Origin: Candidatus Latescibacterota bacterium
GTDB lineage: Bacteria; Latescibacterota; UBA2968
Assembly (NCBI GenBank): GCA_965198115.1
Contig: OZ240241.1
Location: 5,440,001-5,504,000, forward strand
Direction of reading: 5' to 3'
DNA length: 64,000 bases
Shown: piece after piece, positions 11,118 to 21,857 of the stretch
Numbering within the stretch: position 1 is the first letter of the stretch
Layout of the letters: each line of letters begins with the position of its first letter
Translations under genes and position numbers: made by a program
The notes under the pieces: generated by a model
What the model was told of the DNA's origin: nothing
The model's database searches: none
What the model saw: only the letters and a program-made list of their open reading frames with translations

Positions 11118-13541
11118 ATGCTCAGCCATTACTTCGCCATCGCGCTCCGCAGTCTGAACGGAAACAGGGTCTACTCGCTCATCAACGTTTTCGGTCTTAC
11201 CCTCGGCCTCGGATGCGCGCTCGTGATCTATCTGTTCGTCGCGGATGAATTGTCCTACGACCGCTATCACGATAACGCGAACCGAATCTACCGAGTCATC
11301 CTACGAGGACGGCTGCAAGGGAAGACCATCAACGGGGCGGTTTCACCCGCACCCATGGCACAGGCCATCGTGGACGAGATTCCCGACGTCGAGACAGCGG
11401 CCCGTCTCTGGCGAAGGGACGAGGTACTGGTGGGCACAGGAGATCGTAAGTTCATCGAGCGTGTCTACTATGCCGACGGAGTCTATTTCAAGATCTTCAC
11501 GCATCCCCTGATCGAAGGCGACCCGAGAACTGCGCTCGTCGAACCCAACTCCATCGTCCTGACCCAAACCGGAGCGAAGAAATATTTCGGGACTCGATCC
11601 GCGCTGGGTGAAGCCCTCAAGCTCAACGACGACGATTATGTCGTCACGGGCATCGCAGAGGACATACCTCACAACTCGCACGTGCACTTCGACTACCTCG
11701 CCTCCCTCGTGACCCGTGAGGACAGTCGAAACCAGATGTGGGTCAGCAACAACTACTTCACGTATCTCCTCCTCGCCGAAGACGCCTCCGTTCCCGCCAT
11801 CGTCGCGAAGATCAACAGCATGGTCCGCAAATACGCCGGTCCGCAGACCAAGGCGATCCTGAACACCACCTTCGAGGAATTCGAGCGCAGCGGCGGCCGA
11901 TACGAATTCGAACTACAGGCGCTGTCGGACGTCCACCTTCGATCGAACTTCGACATCGAACTCGAAACGAACGGAGACATAGACTACGTCTACACGTTCA
12001 GCTTCGTCGCGATCCTGGTCCTTCTCGTGGCCTGCGGCAACTACACCAACCTCACGACCGCACGAGCGACCAAACGGGGCACCGAAATCGGGATGCGGAA
12101 AACCCTCGGGGCCAACCGACAACAATTGGTTCGCCAGCTACTTGGGGAATCCATCCTGCTCACGGCGGCCTCCTGTATCCTTGCCATCGGACTCACCAGC
12201 GCCGCATTGCCTGCGATTTCAGCACAGCTCCAGAAACCGTTGTCTCTATCGACGATTGCCCCGATCGAAATCCTCGCTGCGTTCGTGCTCGTGCTCCTTG
12301 TTGGCCTCGTGGCCGGCGCGTATCCCGCTCTTCTGCTGTCCAGATTCAGACCGCAGGAAGTCCTGACCGGATCGAAAGGTCTGGCCGGGAGTCGAGGATT
12401 GTTGCGCAGCGTCCTCGTCGTCTTTCAGTTCGTCGTATCCGTCGTACTCGTCGTCGGCACCCTCGTCGTACACGGCCAGATTCGCTACGTTCAGGCCAAA
12501 CACCTGGGGTTCGACCAGGAGCACGTCCTCGTCGTCAAACGCGCGTGGCCGATTCGTAAAAAGATGGATGCGTTCAGACAGGAGCTGCTGCGAGATGCGG
12601 GGATCGTAGCTGTCGCGGGGTGTGACAACGTACCCGGCGAGTGGTTCAACAACTCGGCATTTCTACCGGAAGGCTCGACGGGAGATCAGTCCTACTTGCT
12701 GTGGCGGCTCACGGCTGACGAAAACTTCATCGGGACGATGGGCATGACCGTCTCCGAAGGCCGCGACTTCTCCCGTGACTTCGCCTCGGACTCGTCAGCC
12801 GTGTTGCTCAATCAAACCGCCGCCCAGCTCATGGGGTGGGCAGATGACCCGATCGGGAAGCGGATCCTTCAACCCGGATTCGAATCCGATGAATCCATCA
12901 CGCACTCGGTCATCGGTGTGGTCGACGACTTCCACTTCGAAAGCCTGCGCGAAGAAATCAGACCTCTGATCATCCAGAACACCCGCCACAAAGAGACCAA
13001 CGGTGTGCAGAGTGTCGTGATCCGGATCAGGACCGACGACGTTGCGGGCACCCTTCAGAAGATCGAGGAGTCCTGGAAGACGATGGCGCCCGGCCATCCC
13101 CTTATGTGCACCTTCCTTCGAGATGATCTCGATGCCCTCTACCGGGCCGATCAGAAAACCGTGGAAATCGCAACCGGATTCTCTCTGCTGGCCATCCTGA
13201 TCGGGTGTCTTGGCCTGTTCGGTCTGACATCTTTCATGGCAGAGCAGAGGACGAAAGAGATCGGTGTTCGAAAAGTGCTGGGCGCATCGGGTGCGATGAT
13301 CGTCCAGATGCTGTCCACGGACATCGTCAGACCGGTCATCATCGGCAACCTCATCGCCTGGCCGATCGCCTACACCCTGCTGGACTCCTGGCTGCAGGCC
13401 TTCGCCTACCGAGCGGAGCTGGGGATTGGCCACTTTCTGCTCGGCGGTGGACTCGCCCTCGCAGTCGCCCTCGTGACCGTGGGATATCAGACCGCGAAAG
13501 CGGCTGGCGCCGATCCGGTGGACGCGCTCAGATACGAGTGA
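11118..13541 (+). CDS. MacB/FtsX-like ABC transporter permease (about 800-aa duplicated type)
   Basis: YSLINVFGLTLG, ELSYDRYH, EIGMRKTLGA, LGFDQEHV, EQRTKEIGVRKVLGAS, DPVDALRYE. Confidence 0.93.
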   Translation: MLSHYFAIALRSLNGNRVYSLINVFGLTLGLGCALVIYLFVADELSYDRYHDNANRIYRVILRGRLQGKTINGAVSPAPMAQAIVDEIPDVETAARLWRRDEVLVGTGDRKFIERVYYADGVYFKIFTHPLIEGDPRTALVEPNSIVLTQTGAKKYFGTRSALGEALKLNDDDYVVTGIAEDIPHNSHVHFDYLASLVTREDSRNQMWVSNNYFTYLLLAEDASVPAIVAKINSMVRKYAGPQTKAILNTTFEEFERSGGRYEFELQALSDVHLRSNFDIELETNGDIDYVYTFSFVAILVLLVACGNYTNLTTARATKRGTEIGMRKTLGANRQQLVRQLLGESILLTAASCILAIGLTSAALPAISAQLQKPLSLSTIAPIEILAAFVLVLLVGLVAGAYPALLLSRFRPQEVLTGSKGLAGSRGLLRSVLVVFQFVVSVVLVVGTLVVHGQIRYVQAKHLGFDQEHVLVVKRAWPIRKKMDAFRQELLRDAGIVAVAGCDNVPGEWFNNSAFLPEGSTGDQSYLLWRLTADENFIGTMGMTVSEGRDFSRDFASDSSAVLLNQTAAQLMGWADDPIGKRILQPGFESDESITHSVIGVVDDFHFESLREEIRPLIIQNTRHKETNGVQSVVIRIRTDDVAGTLQKIEESWKTMAPGHPLMCTFLRDDLDALYRADQKTVEIATGFSLLAILIGCLGLFGLTSFMAEQRTKEIGVRKVLGASGAMIVQMLSTDIVRPVIIGNLIAWPIAYTLLDSWLQAFAYRAELGIGHFLLGGGLALAVALVTVGYQTAKAAGADPVDALRYE

Positions 13542-13688
13542 CGATTGCCCCCGAGCAGATTGCCCTGGCTCTGAGTCCCAAATCGAGGCGCATTGAGGAA
13601 GCACCAGCATTCAGCCGATAAGGAGGTTTGCCGGACTATTGAACGTATCTTTCAGAAGTGAACGATCAGCCTACAGGGAGGTCTGTCA

Positions 13689-14065
13689 GTGGCTCGGCGT
13701 GACTGGTACTGCGAAGATGTTCTTTCTGGTAAGCTTGATGTGAACCGTGTATACGAGGATGACCTGGTGCTGGCATTCCATCACCCAAGACCCGTTGCCC
13801 AAGTCCACGTGGCTGTGGTGCCGAAGGCTCACGTAGCCGGACTGATGGACGAGACCGCCTTGGATGGGGACCTTCTCTCGTCTATGGTGCGGGCAGTCCA
13901 GAGGGTTGCAACTTCCCTTGGCCTTCTGGATGGTAAGGGGTTCTACGTAAGGGCCAACGCAGCGTCTCCCGGTGAACTCCCCACATGCATTGGCACGTTT
14001 TAGGTCCCGGAGCTGGTGCCGACTGGCCGAATTCTCGATCACATTCCGGCGACAAGAAAGAATAG
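13689..14065 (+). pseudogene. HIT family hydrolase, frameshift just before the histidine triad
   Basis: VYEDDLVLAFHHPRP..VHVAVVPKAH; PHMHWHVLG in the next frame from about 13979 to TAG 14063-14065. Confidence 0.8.
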
Positions 14066-14184
14066 AGGGCTTTACTAGGCTGCCTTTCTCTTCCTTTTCA
14101 AGGAGAACACAAGCAACACAGCGTGAAACACGCAGGTTGCCCCGCGAGACCTCACTGCCTCCATCCGAAATCTGATCCCAAATC

Positions 14185-14898
14185 ATGATATTCAATCAAG
14201 CCAACTTTGATGTGCGTTGCGAATGGGGCGAAAATGGGGTTCGTGAACTCTCAGGATGTAGCGATGCAGTCATAATCGTGGACGTGATGTCGTTCTCTAC
14301 TTGCGTCACGATAGCTACAAACCTGGGTGCCACTGTTTTCCCCTACCGATTTAGGGATGATTCAGGAGCAGACTTCGCAAAATCTGTCAACGCCGTGCTG
14401 GCAGGCCCGAGGGGAAAGAGTACGTACTCCCTTTCTCCCGCATCTCTCACGAGCATCCCGAAACGTGTTCGGCTGGTCTTGCCCTCTCCGAACGGATCGA
14501 CCTTGACCCTCAGCACGGGGGAGACACCGACGTTCGCCGGATGTCTGAGGAACTGTCGAGCCGTAACGAAAGCCACCATGCACCGTGGGATGAAAATCGC
14601 CGTCATCCCAGCCGGTGAGCGTTGAAGGGAGGACGGCAGTCTACGCCCGGCAGTGGAAGACTTGATTGGCGCCGGGGCCGTCATAGATCACCTCAAAGGA
14701 ACCTTGTCGCCAGAGGCCGAGTTGGCGGTTGCTGCATACAGAAATTCTGCTACTAATCTACTCGAGATCCTGAATCAGTGCGGTTCGGGAAGGGAATTAA
14801 CGGACAGGGGATTCGCGCACGATATACCGATTATCGCCGAGATTGGTGTAGATGATTGCGCCCCAATCCTTCGTGATGGAGTGTATATCAAAGAGTAG
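14185..14898 (+). pseudogene. 2-phosphosulfolactate phosphatase (ComB) family, in-frame TGA at 14623-14625
   Basis: IIVDVMSFST, SLSPASL, LPSPNGS, AGCLRN, AGER*REDGSLRPAVEDLIGAG, SGREL..RGF. Confidence 0.85.
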
Positions 14899-15055
14899 TT
14901 TGCTCTGAGAGGGGCACCAGCGGCTGACAGCGCACGCTTGCCCCCAAACCGTGGCCAATCGCCTGAGTGCCACACACCGTGTTGTTCGAAGACCTCCTCG
15001 CCGGATCGCTGCAAACAGAGTCGCCTCTGATCGCGACGCAACAAAGGCCAGCGTC

Positions 15056-16701
15056 ATGACTGCGTGGGACTGGGCCATCGTCTTCATCCTCAACGGCAGC
15101 ATCGTTCTCTACGGCTTCTACCTGAGCCGGGGTATGCGCTCGAGCGCCGACTGGTTCCTGGCCGGCCGTCAGCTGCCGTGGTGGCTCGTGGGCATCTCCA
15201 TGTACGCCACCGCGATCGACGCCAGCGATCTCGTCGCAGATTCGGGAGGCACCTACACCCTCGGCATGAGTGTGTTCATCGCCAACTGGGTCGGTGTGGT
15301 GGCCGGTTGGGCTATCGCCGGCTTTTTCATCTTCCTGCCGATGTATCGCATCGGCATGTACACGAACGCCGAGTACCTCGAGGCCAGATTCGGCGTTGCC
15401 GTTCGTGTTATCTGCGCCTTCGTCCAGGTGCAGTACCGCACCCTCGTCCTCGCCATCATCGCCACGACCGCATTCCTCGTGCTCACCATCGTCAGTGGCT
15501 GGGACGATACCACGGCCTGGGCCGTCGTCTGGGGTATCGCCCTTCTCGCGACCATCTACACCGCACTGGGCGGCCTGCGCACGGTCGCGGTGACCGATGC
15601 GCTTCAGTTCGGGGTCATGATGGCCGCGGGTCTCGTCATCTGGTTCGTGGTCTGGGGGAAGGTCGGCGGCTGGAGTGGTGTCGAGGAGCGTCTGGCCGCC
15701 GTCGATGCCGATCTGCCCTCGCAGCTACTCCACATCGGCGCCGATAGGGACGGCACGCCGGGGTGGGTCGTCGCCCTCGCCTTCGTCATCATCGGTGTGG
15801 CCTACTCAGTCGTCAACCACACCCAGGCCATGCGCATGTTCGCCTCACGCAACGAGTGGCACCTGAAGATGTCCGTGTTCGCCGCCTCCGTGCCGCTCAT
15901 CGTCATGACGTTCTGCAACCTATCGATCGGCGTTATGGGCCGGGCACTCGTTCCAGAGCAGGGAGATCTGCCCGGTGCACGGCAGGACGCCATCTACCCC
16001 TTCCTCGTCAGCCAGATCGACACGATCGGCGTAAGGGGTCTCGTCGTTGCCGGAATTCTCGCGGCGGCGCTGTCGACTTACGACTCGATCGGTTCCTCAC
16101 TGTCGGCTCTCCTCACCCGCGATGTCTACGCCCGACTCATCGTCCGCAACCGCGACGACCATCACTATTTGCGTGTCGGTCAGTGGCTGACACCCGTCAT
16201 CATCTTCGGATCGTTCGCCTACGTGCCCTTCATGAAAGGCGGCATGCTTCTTTTCTACGTGGACATCACAAGCACCTTCGTCGTACCTCTGCTGACGCTC
16301 TTTCTGATGGGCGCCCTCACGCCCGTCCACCGGCGAGCCGGCCTCATCGGCCTATTGGCGGGAACACTCTACGGCCTGCTGCGTCTCTTCACGCCCGTGA
16401 TCTACGAGCACTTCGGCGTCACCCTTATGTCCGGTTTCCTGGCCAATTCCTGGGCCGCCTATTCGGCATGGGCGTCACGGCCGCGACCATGCTTCTGGTG
16501 TCTTTCGCGATGGGATGGGAGAGCAAAGCGACACAAATGGGAGAAGCCCACGCCGAAGACAGCCCCTGGCTCGGCTCCAGTCTCGTCGAGATCCAGAGCC
16601 TGAAGTCGGAGCCCGAGAGCGCCTCGAACACGACGCCTGTCGTGCTGGCGGTTTTCGCGGTTGCGGTGGGATGTTACTTGAGTTTCGTCGTCTTCTGGTA
16701 A
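15056..16701 (+). CDS. Sodium:solute symporter (frameshift near 16460 affecting the last helices)
   Basis: DWFLAGRQLPWW, EYLEARFG, YTALGGLRTVAVTDALQ, GILAAALST; many TM segments. Confidence 0.85.
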
Positions 16702-16862
16702 CCACACCCAACCCTGTGCGTGAAGAGCTACCGACAATGCCACATAACCAGCTGATCAGATGAGCTCACTATCGAACCACGGCATCGTCCTGCGGGACTC
16801 TGAAGTCGTGCTGCGGCCCATGACAGAAGATGACTGGGATTCGCTCCTCAGATGGAACGCAG

Positions 16863-18250
16863 GGTGTTGTGCCTATCGTAGTTGAAACTTAGAGGGCTCC
16901 AAACTTACGTTGGGTAGACGTGTAGGAGCGTATACCCGTAAGAAAGGAGCCCAGATGGAGAAGCTATTTGTAGGCGATGGTGAAGTCAAGGTTGAGGGCG
17001 ATGTCATCGATTTGGAGACGCGTTTGTCGGTGATCCAGGCGTTGATCCCGTTGGGTCTGGAGGCAGTGGCAGACCTCCTCCAGCAGGAGGTCGAGCAGCT
17101 CGCAGGCGTTCGGTATGCGCGCAAAGGTTCGGAGCAGGCGCATCGTCGGTGGGGAAGCCAGAAGGGATCCGTGTATCTGATGGACCAGAAGCTCCCGTTA
17201 GACGTTCCCCGGGTGCGCGACGTCGAGGCCGACGCAGAGGTTTCCCTGGCTGCATACCGGGCTCTACAGACGCCCAAGAAGACGGACGAGGGGCTGTTGC
17301 TTCGTGTTCTCAAGGGGATCTCGTGCCGCAACTACAAGGCCTGTGCCGAATCGGTTCCAGAAGCGTTTGGTATCTCAGCGTCCTCCGTCTCGCGGCGGTT
17401 CATCAAAGCCACCGCGAAGAAGCTGAAGCAGTTCCAGGAGCGTCCCCTCGACGACTACGGCTTCGTGACCCTGTTCATTGACGGAAAGAGCTTTGCCGAC
17501 GAAGAGATCGTGATCGCTCTGGGGGTCACGATGGACGGCCAGAAGATCCCCCTGGGCTTCGTCGAATCGGCGACGGAGAACGAACGGATCTGCCGCCAGC
17601 TGATCCAGGACCTCATCCGGAGAGGCCTGTGCTACGACCAGGGCCTTCTCGTTGTGCTTGACGGCTCAAAGGGACTCCGCAGTGCTGTCACCAAAGCCCT
17701 CAAAGGGTATGTGCGCGTGCATCGCTGTCAGTGGCACAAGCGCGAGAATGTCGTCAGCTATCTCCCGGAGAGGGAACGTCCAAGAGTTCGACGGAAGCTC
17801 CAGAAAGCCTATGACTGCGACACCTACGAGGAGGCAAAGGCCGCACTCGAATCACTTAAACCCGAACTGAAGCTGATGAATCAGTCTGCCGTAACGAGCC
17901 TCGAGGAAGGCCTGGAGGAAACCCTGACCCTCCACCGGCTGGGTATGCTCCCATTCCTGAAACGAAGCTTCCGAACCACCAACTGCATCGAAGCCCTCAA
18001 CAGCAGGACCGGCGAGCTCACTCGGAAGGTCAGACGCTGGAACAACTCTCCCCAGAGACACAGATGGGTGGCTGCCGCACTCCTCGACATCGAACCTCGC
18101 CTGCGACGCGTGAGCGGATACAAACATCTTCCCCTACTCAGGCAAGCACTGAACAAAGATCTGAATCTCGACAACGAACAGAATGCTCAAAAGAGAGCCT
18201 GACCAAACTACGGGGCCCGATGAGTTTTCAACTGACTATGGGACTTGACC
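16863..18250 (+). mobile_element. IS256-family insertion sequence
   Basis: Imperfect terminal IRs (GGTGTTGTGCC...AGTTGAAA / TTTCAACT...GACTTGACC); 8-bp TSD GAACGCAG at 16855-16862 and 18251-18258. Confidence 0.92.
16910..18202 (+). CDS. IS256-family transposase
   Basis: VPRVRD, LFIDGK, VVLDGSKGL, RCQWHKREN, RTTNCIEALN; likely start is the ATG at 16955. Confidence 0.93.
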   Translation: MGRRVGAYTRKKGAQMEKLFVGDGEVKVEGDVIDLETRLSVIQALIPLGLEAVADLLQQEVEQLAGVRYARKGSEQAHRRWGSQKGSVYLMDQKLPLDVPRVRDVEADAEVSLAAYRALQTPKKTDEGLLLRVLKGISCRNYKACAESVPEAFGISASSVSRRFIKATAKKLKQFQERPLDDYGFVTLFIDGKSFADEEIVIALGVTMDGQKIPLGFVESATENERICRQLIQDLIRRGLCYDQGLLVVLDGSKGLRSAVTKALKGYVRVHRCQWHKRENVVSYLPERERPRVRRKLQKAYDCDTYEEAKAALESLKPELKLMNQSAVTSLEEGLEETLTLHRLGMLPFLKRSFRTTNCIEALNSRTGELTRKVRRWNNSPQRHRWVAAALLDIEPRLRRVSGYKHLPLLRQALNKDLNLDNEQNAQKRA

Positions 18251-18793
18251 GAACGCAGATCCAGAGGTACTCTTTTACACTGAAGGCGACGATGTCACTT
18301 ATCGGGATCTGGAACAGACCAAGCGAATCTACCGGCACGTGGCACAGTCGGCCTTCCGCTTCATCATCGAGTTTGAGGATCGGCCGGTTGGCGAATGCTG
18401 GCTACAAGAAATGAACCTGGCGCGGATCATCGATTCTCATCCCGATGCAGATTGCCGGCGTATCGATCTCATGATCGGCGAGAAGGATCTCTGGGGCCAC
18501 GGCATCGGTTCAAGAGTCATCGATCTGCTCAGCACGTTCGGCTTCAACCATCAGAACGCCGACTTGATTTTCGCGTGCGATGTTGCCGACTACAATCCCA
18601 GGAGCTACCGAGCCTTTGAAAAGAGTGGATTCGAACTCCATTCATCGAATCCACAGGAGCCCGGTGGCAAAGCCAAAGAGACCTATGACTTGATGTTGAA
18701 GCGTCCAGGTGATGAAGCTATCGACCCGGTCTGAGGACGAACTACCGATAATGTCGGTTTGCGTGACCACACTCCGACACTAAGCCCCGCCGC

Positions 18794-19816
18794 TCAACTC
18801 TTACCCTGCCACTCCTCGTAGATATCCGCAATCACATCGTCGATCGGGGCACGATGCGTCTCCACGTCGTTGACGCTGGTCTGTCTTGCGGCCTGATCCA
18901 GGAGCGCAGGGATCGACGTCTTCGCCGCATCAAACGTATACGCGTGTCGGTTACCTTCTGTTCGGACCCACTCCGCACCCTCCAACACCAGAGGGTCCTC
19001 CTTCGACGTCTCGAGCATCAGGTGTCTCCGGTCGCCGAACGATGATCGTAGCTGATCAAAATCACCGTCGAAGGCAATACGACCACCATCGATCATCACG
19101 ATACGCCCGGCAAGTTGCTCCAGGTCGTCCATGTCGTGGCTCGTCACCATCACCGTCACTCCCTTCTCCTGATTCAGCGTCTTGATGAAGTCCAGAATGT
19201 CTCGTTTGCCCAGCACGTCCACGCCGATCGTCGGTTCGTCCAGAAACAGAACTTCCGGCTCGTGAATCAGCATCATTCCCAGATCGGCCCGCATCTTCTG
19301 ACCGAGGCTGAGTTGGCGAGCAAGGGTATCGAAGAACGAGCCCAACCCCAGCACCTCCTTTAGGAAACCGAGATTGGCCTCATACCGATCGCGCGGAACA
19401 TCCCAGACAACGCGTGCCCACTCAAAGCTCGCTGACACCGGTTGGTCCCACCACAGCTCCGTCCGTTGCCCGAAGACCACACCGATTCGTTTGACATAAT
19501 TCACCCTGTCTTTCAACGGATCCATCCCAAGCGCGCGCACCGTTCCCGATGTTGGCGCCAACGCACTCGACAGCAGCTTTATCGTTGTGGACTTGCCGGC
19601 TCCATTCGGTCCGGCGTAGGCAACGACTTCCCCTTTCCTGATCGTCAGATCCACATCCTCTAGTGCCCGAATCTCACGAACCACAGGACGAAACAGATTT
19701 CTTAGAATATTTCGAGAATCCCCCGACCGCTGCCGCTGATAGAACGTCTTGCTCACCCGGGACAGACTAATTGCGATGCCCGCCTCCGGAGTATCGTTGA
19801 GATCCTGTGTGTTCAT
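18794..19816 (-). CDS. ABC exporter ATP-binding protein
   Basis: GPNGAGKSTT, IGVVFGQRTELWWD, LSLGQKMRAD, FLDEPTIGVD, TSHDMDD. Confidence 0.93.
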   Translation of the reverse strand: MNTQDLNDTPEAGIAISLSRVSKTFYQRQRSGDSRNILRNLFRPVVREIRALEDVDLTIRKGEVVAYAGPNGAGKSTTIKLLSSALAPTSGTVRALGMDPLKDRVNYVKRIGVVFGQRTELWWDQPVSASFEWARVVWDVPRDRYEANLGFLKEVLGLGSFFDTLARQLSLGQKMRADLGMMLIHEPEVLFLDEPTIGVDVLGKRDILDFIKTLNQEKGVTVMVTSHDMDDLEQLAGRIVMIDGGRIAFDGDFDQLRSSFGDRRHLMLETSKEDPLVLEGAEWVRTEGNRHAYTFDAAKTSIPALLDQAARQTSVNDVETHRAPIDDVIADIYEEWQGKS

Positions 19817-20630
19817 AGTGTCTGAGTCCTTTTTGGAATGCCAACCACGCAACCAGGCTAGCAACAGTGGCAATGAGAGGGAGTATCCATAACGAGGTCG
19901 AGCGCATACCCAACAGAACCTGACTCGGAGACCAGGCGACAAAGCCCACGGGAATCACTGTGAGCAGCGTGTTCATCAACAGAGGACTGAGCCCGTCCAG
20001 AGGAAAGGACTTGAGCTGAAACACGAGTCTCGTCGCCGAACTGCTGATCTCTTCGGCCCCCACAGGTGACCAGAAGGCCAGGCTGCCCCAGAGATAGGAA
20101 AGAGCCAGGACAACTGCGCACGAGGAGAACAAGAGACATCCGAACCCCAGCCACCATCCGAACGTCAGAGGCAAGTTCAGCTGAAGGACCGCCCAGGCCG
20201 TGATGCCAACTCCCGTGAAGAGTGAAAGGCTGCCGGAAAAGGGCATGAAGCCCTCCGTGAGCAGCACCATCCAGATTGGTTGGGGTTGGATCAGTGTGTG
20301 GTCGAATTGGCCTCGTCCGATCCGTCGACTGATTTCGAGCGTGTTGTTGGAGAAACCCACGGACAGGAAACCGCGCACGAGGGCCGCGTAGCCAAGCATG
20401 AAAACGATCTGCTCCCGGCTCCAAACCCCGATGCCATCGAATCGTTCCGCCAGGAGGAACACAGCCGCAACGCCGGAAAGATTCAGCAGGACGTCCGTAA
20501 CGACATTGATCAGGCAGAACGTGATGTCCCTTGTCATCCACATCAGATCCATATAGGCCTGGACCCGCCAACGACGGACCAACTTCAGAATGGTACGCCC
20601 TGAGTGAATACCGCCTGTCTCATCCGCCAT
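19767..20630 (-). CDS. ABC-2 family permease (DUF990-like)
   Basis: GWS-type loop GIGVWSREQI, GQFDHTLIQP, TVIPVGFVAW.P, YEHTGS tail; operon context. Confidence 0.85.
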   Translation of the reverse strand: MADETGGIHSGRTILKLVRRWRVQAYMDLMWMTRDITFCLINVVTDVLLNLSGVAAVFLLAERFDGIGVWSREQIVFMLGYAALVRGFLSVGFSNNTLEISRRIGRGQFDHTLIQPQPIWMVLLTEGFMPFSGSLSLFTGVGITAWAVLQLNLPLTFGWWLGFGCLLFSSCAVVLALSYLWGSLAFWSPVGAEEISSSATRLVFQLKSFPLDGLSPLLMNTLLTVIPVGFVAWSPSQVLLGMRSTSLWILPLIATVASLVAWLAFQKGLRHYEHTGSQRYSGGGHRN

Positions 20631-21420
20631 GGGACGCCAACCTTTCTCGATTGTGTCGCCAGAGGATGTGTGCAGCTGGCCAGAGTACGACGGTCCACCA
20701 GACCTGCAGACCGATCAGAAACCCCGGATCGCCCGTACCCGTATAAATCCGCAAGGGCGCCGACGCCAGAGAAGCAAAAGGCAATAGCCCCAGGACCTCA
20801 CCGAGACTCCACGGCCACATTACGAGTGGAATAACCGCCCCGGATGCGAGCAGGCTCACCGCATCTCTGATCATCATCAACGGGTGTATACTCTGTTCGA
20901 GATAGACCATCAGGGCCGCATAGAGCACATCGAGGGCAGCGCCGACCGAAACGCCAAGCATCATGCTCGCGATGAACCAGACCGAAGCTGCGGACGAAGC
21001 CGGGGTGACTCTGACCCCGAGAAACGGAGCCATCAGCAGCAGCGGAAGAGAATGAAGAACGAGCCCGGGAACCCAGTCTCCGATCATCTCGGCAATGAAC
21101 TGACCATAAATGCCGATCGGCCGCAGCAGCCTGTTCACGATGATCCCCTCCCAAAGCGTGTCGCTGAGGGCCGTACGGATCGTCATCTGATTCGCGAAGA
21201 CTTCCGCGATCAGGGTATAGGTCATCACGGCGTCCAACGACATCCCAGAAATCACCGTTCTGTTTGCGAAGACGGAACGCCAAAGAGAAAGAAGAATGAC
21301 GACCCGTAGAACTCTGAGCATGAACCTTGCGGCCAAACCCCACCGATTATCGTGGAATGATCCGGACGAGACGATCCCGGCAGTCTTCCAGTACTTGTGG
21401 ATTGTGTTTCCCTGTAGCAT
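20620..21420 (-). CDS. ABC-2 family permease
   Basis: GMSLDAVMTY, G.I..RLLRPI, SGAVIPL..WP, LPFASLASAPLRIY, SHGG end. Confidence 0.85.
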   Translation of the reverse strand: MLQGNTIHKYWKTAGIVSSGSFHDNRWGLAARFMLRVLRVVILLSLWRSVFANRTVISGMSLDAVMTYTLIAEVFANQMTIRTALSDTLWEGIIVNRLLRPIGIYGQFIAEMIGDWVPGLVLHSLPLLLMAPFLGVRVTPASSAASVWFIASMMLGVSVGAALDVLYAALMVYLEQSIHPLMMIRDAVSLLASGAVIPLVMWPWSLGEVLGLLPFASLASAPLRIYTGTGDPGFLIGLQVWWTVVLWPAAHILWRHNRERLASHGG

Positions 21421-21457
21421 CTGAATTGCATCCTTACGTGTCGAATGAAGTGGACAC

Positions 21458-21485
21458 AAAAAAACCACAGACCAATGGCCTGTGG
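21458..21485 (-). terminator. Intrinsic terminator in the leader of the ABC-2 operon (candidate attenuator)
   Basis: Minus strand CCACAGGCC-ATT-GGTCTGTGG followed by T7, about 37 nt upstream of the permease ATG. Confidence 0.7.
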
Positions 21486-21551
21486 GCAGCGGGGATACAG
21501 ACGCCGGAGGGTGATCCGGCCGAATGTCATAAAAGACTGTAATTACGACCT

Positions 21552-21725
21552 TTAGATCTTCCCCCTAAAAACGGAATGGACATACGTATCCCCTTGGAAG
21601 TCCAATGCATCTGCTTTTACCAGGATCCCGCGGTGTGCGAAACAGGATGACGCAAAAGACCCCACGATCCTTTCTTCGAATCGTTGGTCCTTCTCGAGTG
21701 TGTCTGTTGGGTAGCGTTCAACCAT
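21552..21725 (-). CDS. 57-aa small leader ORF (MVERYPTDTLEKDQRFEERIVGSF...HSVFRGKI)
   Basis: ATG preceded by AGAGGA, directly downstream of a predicted promoter; no family recognised. Confidence 0.4.
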   Translation of the reverse strand: MVERYPTDTLEKDQRFEERIVGSFASSCFAHRGILVKADALDFQGDTYVHSVFRGKI

Positions 21726-21753
21726 GCATCATCCTCTGGGCAGAAGCTTTCTA

Positions 21754-21782
21754 ACCATATGATGTGACATCTCTACAGTCAA
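21754..21782 (-). promoter_or_regulatory. Sigma70-type promoter
   Basis: TTGACT-N17-TATGGT on the minus strand; spacer contains the palindrome GATGT-n-ACATC (21761-21771). Confidence 0.6.
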
Positions 21783-21857
21783 GTTTGTGACAACCGATGC
21801 GGAGCTCCCATTGGCGGACTCTCCGGATCAGCCGGCCATCTTTGTTCACCTGCTCTG

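Larger units (their letters stand above)
16760..18734 (+). pseudogene. GNAT acetyltransferase (AAC(6')/RimL-like) interrupted by IS256
   Basis: Removing the IS and one TSD copy gives 192 aa: MSSLSNHGIVLRDSEVVLRPMTEDDWDSLLRWNA|DPEVLFY...IDLMIGEKDLWGHGIG...YNPRSYRAFEKSGF. Confidence 0.88.

Noticed and set aside
14623-14625. Selenocysteine at the ComB, SRPBCC or deacetylase TGA codons
   Set aside because: These are not Cys positions and no SECIS-like hairpin with the right spacing is evident, unlike 39392.
21625-21690. c-di-GMP-I riboswitch (CGAAA...GACGCAAA)
   Set aside because: Lacks the upstream GCAAA and matching P2 stem, and lies on the strand opposite the operon.
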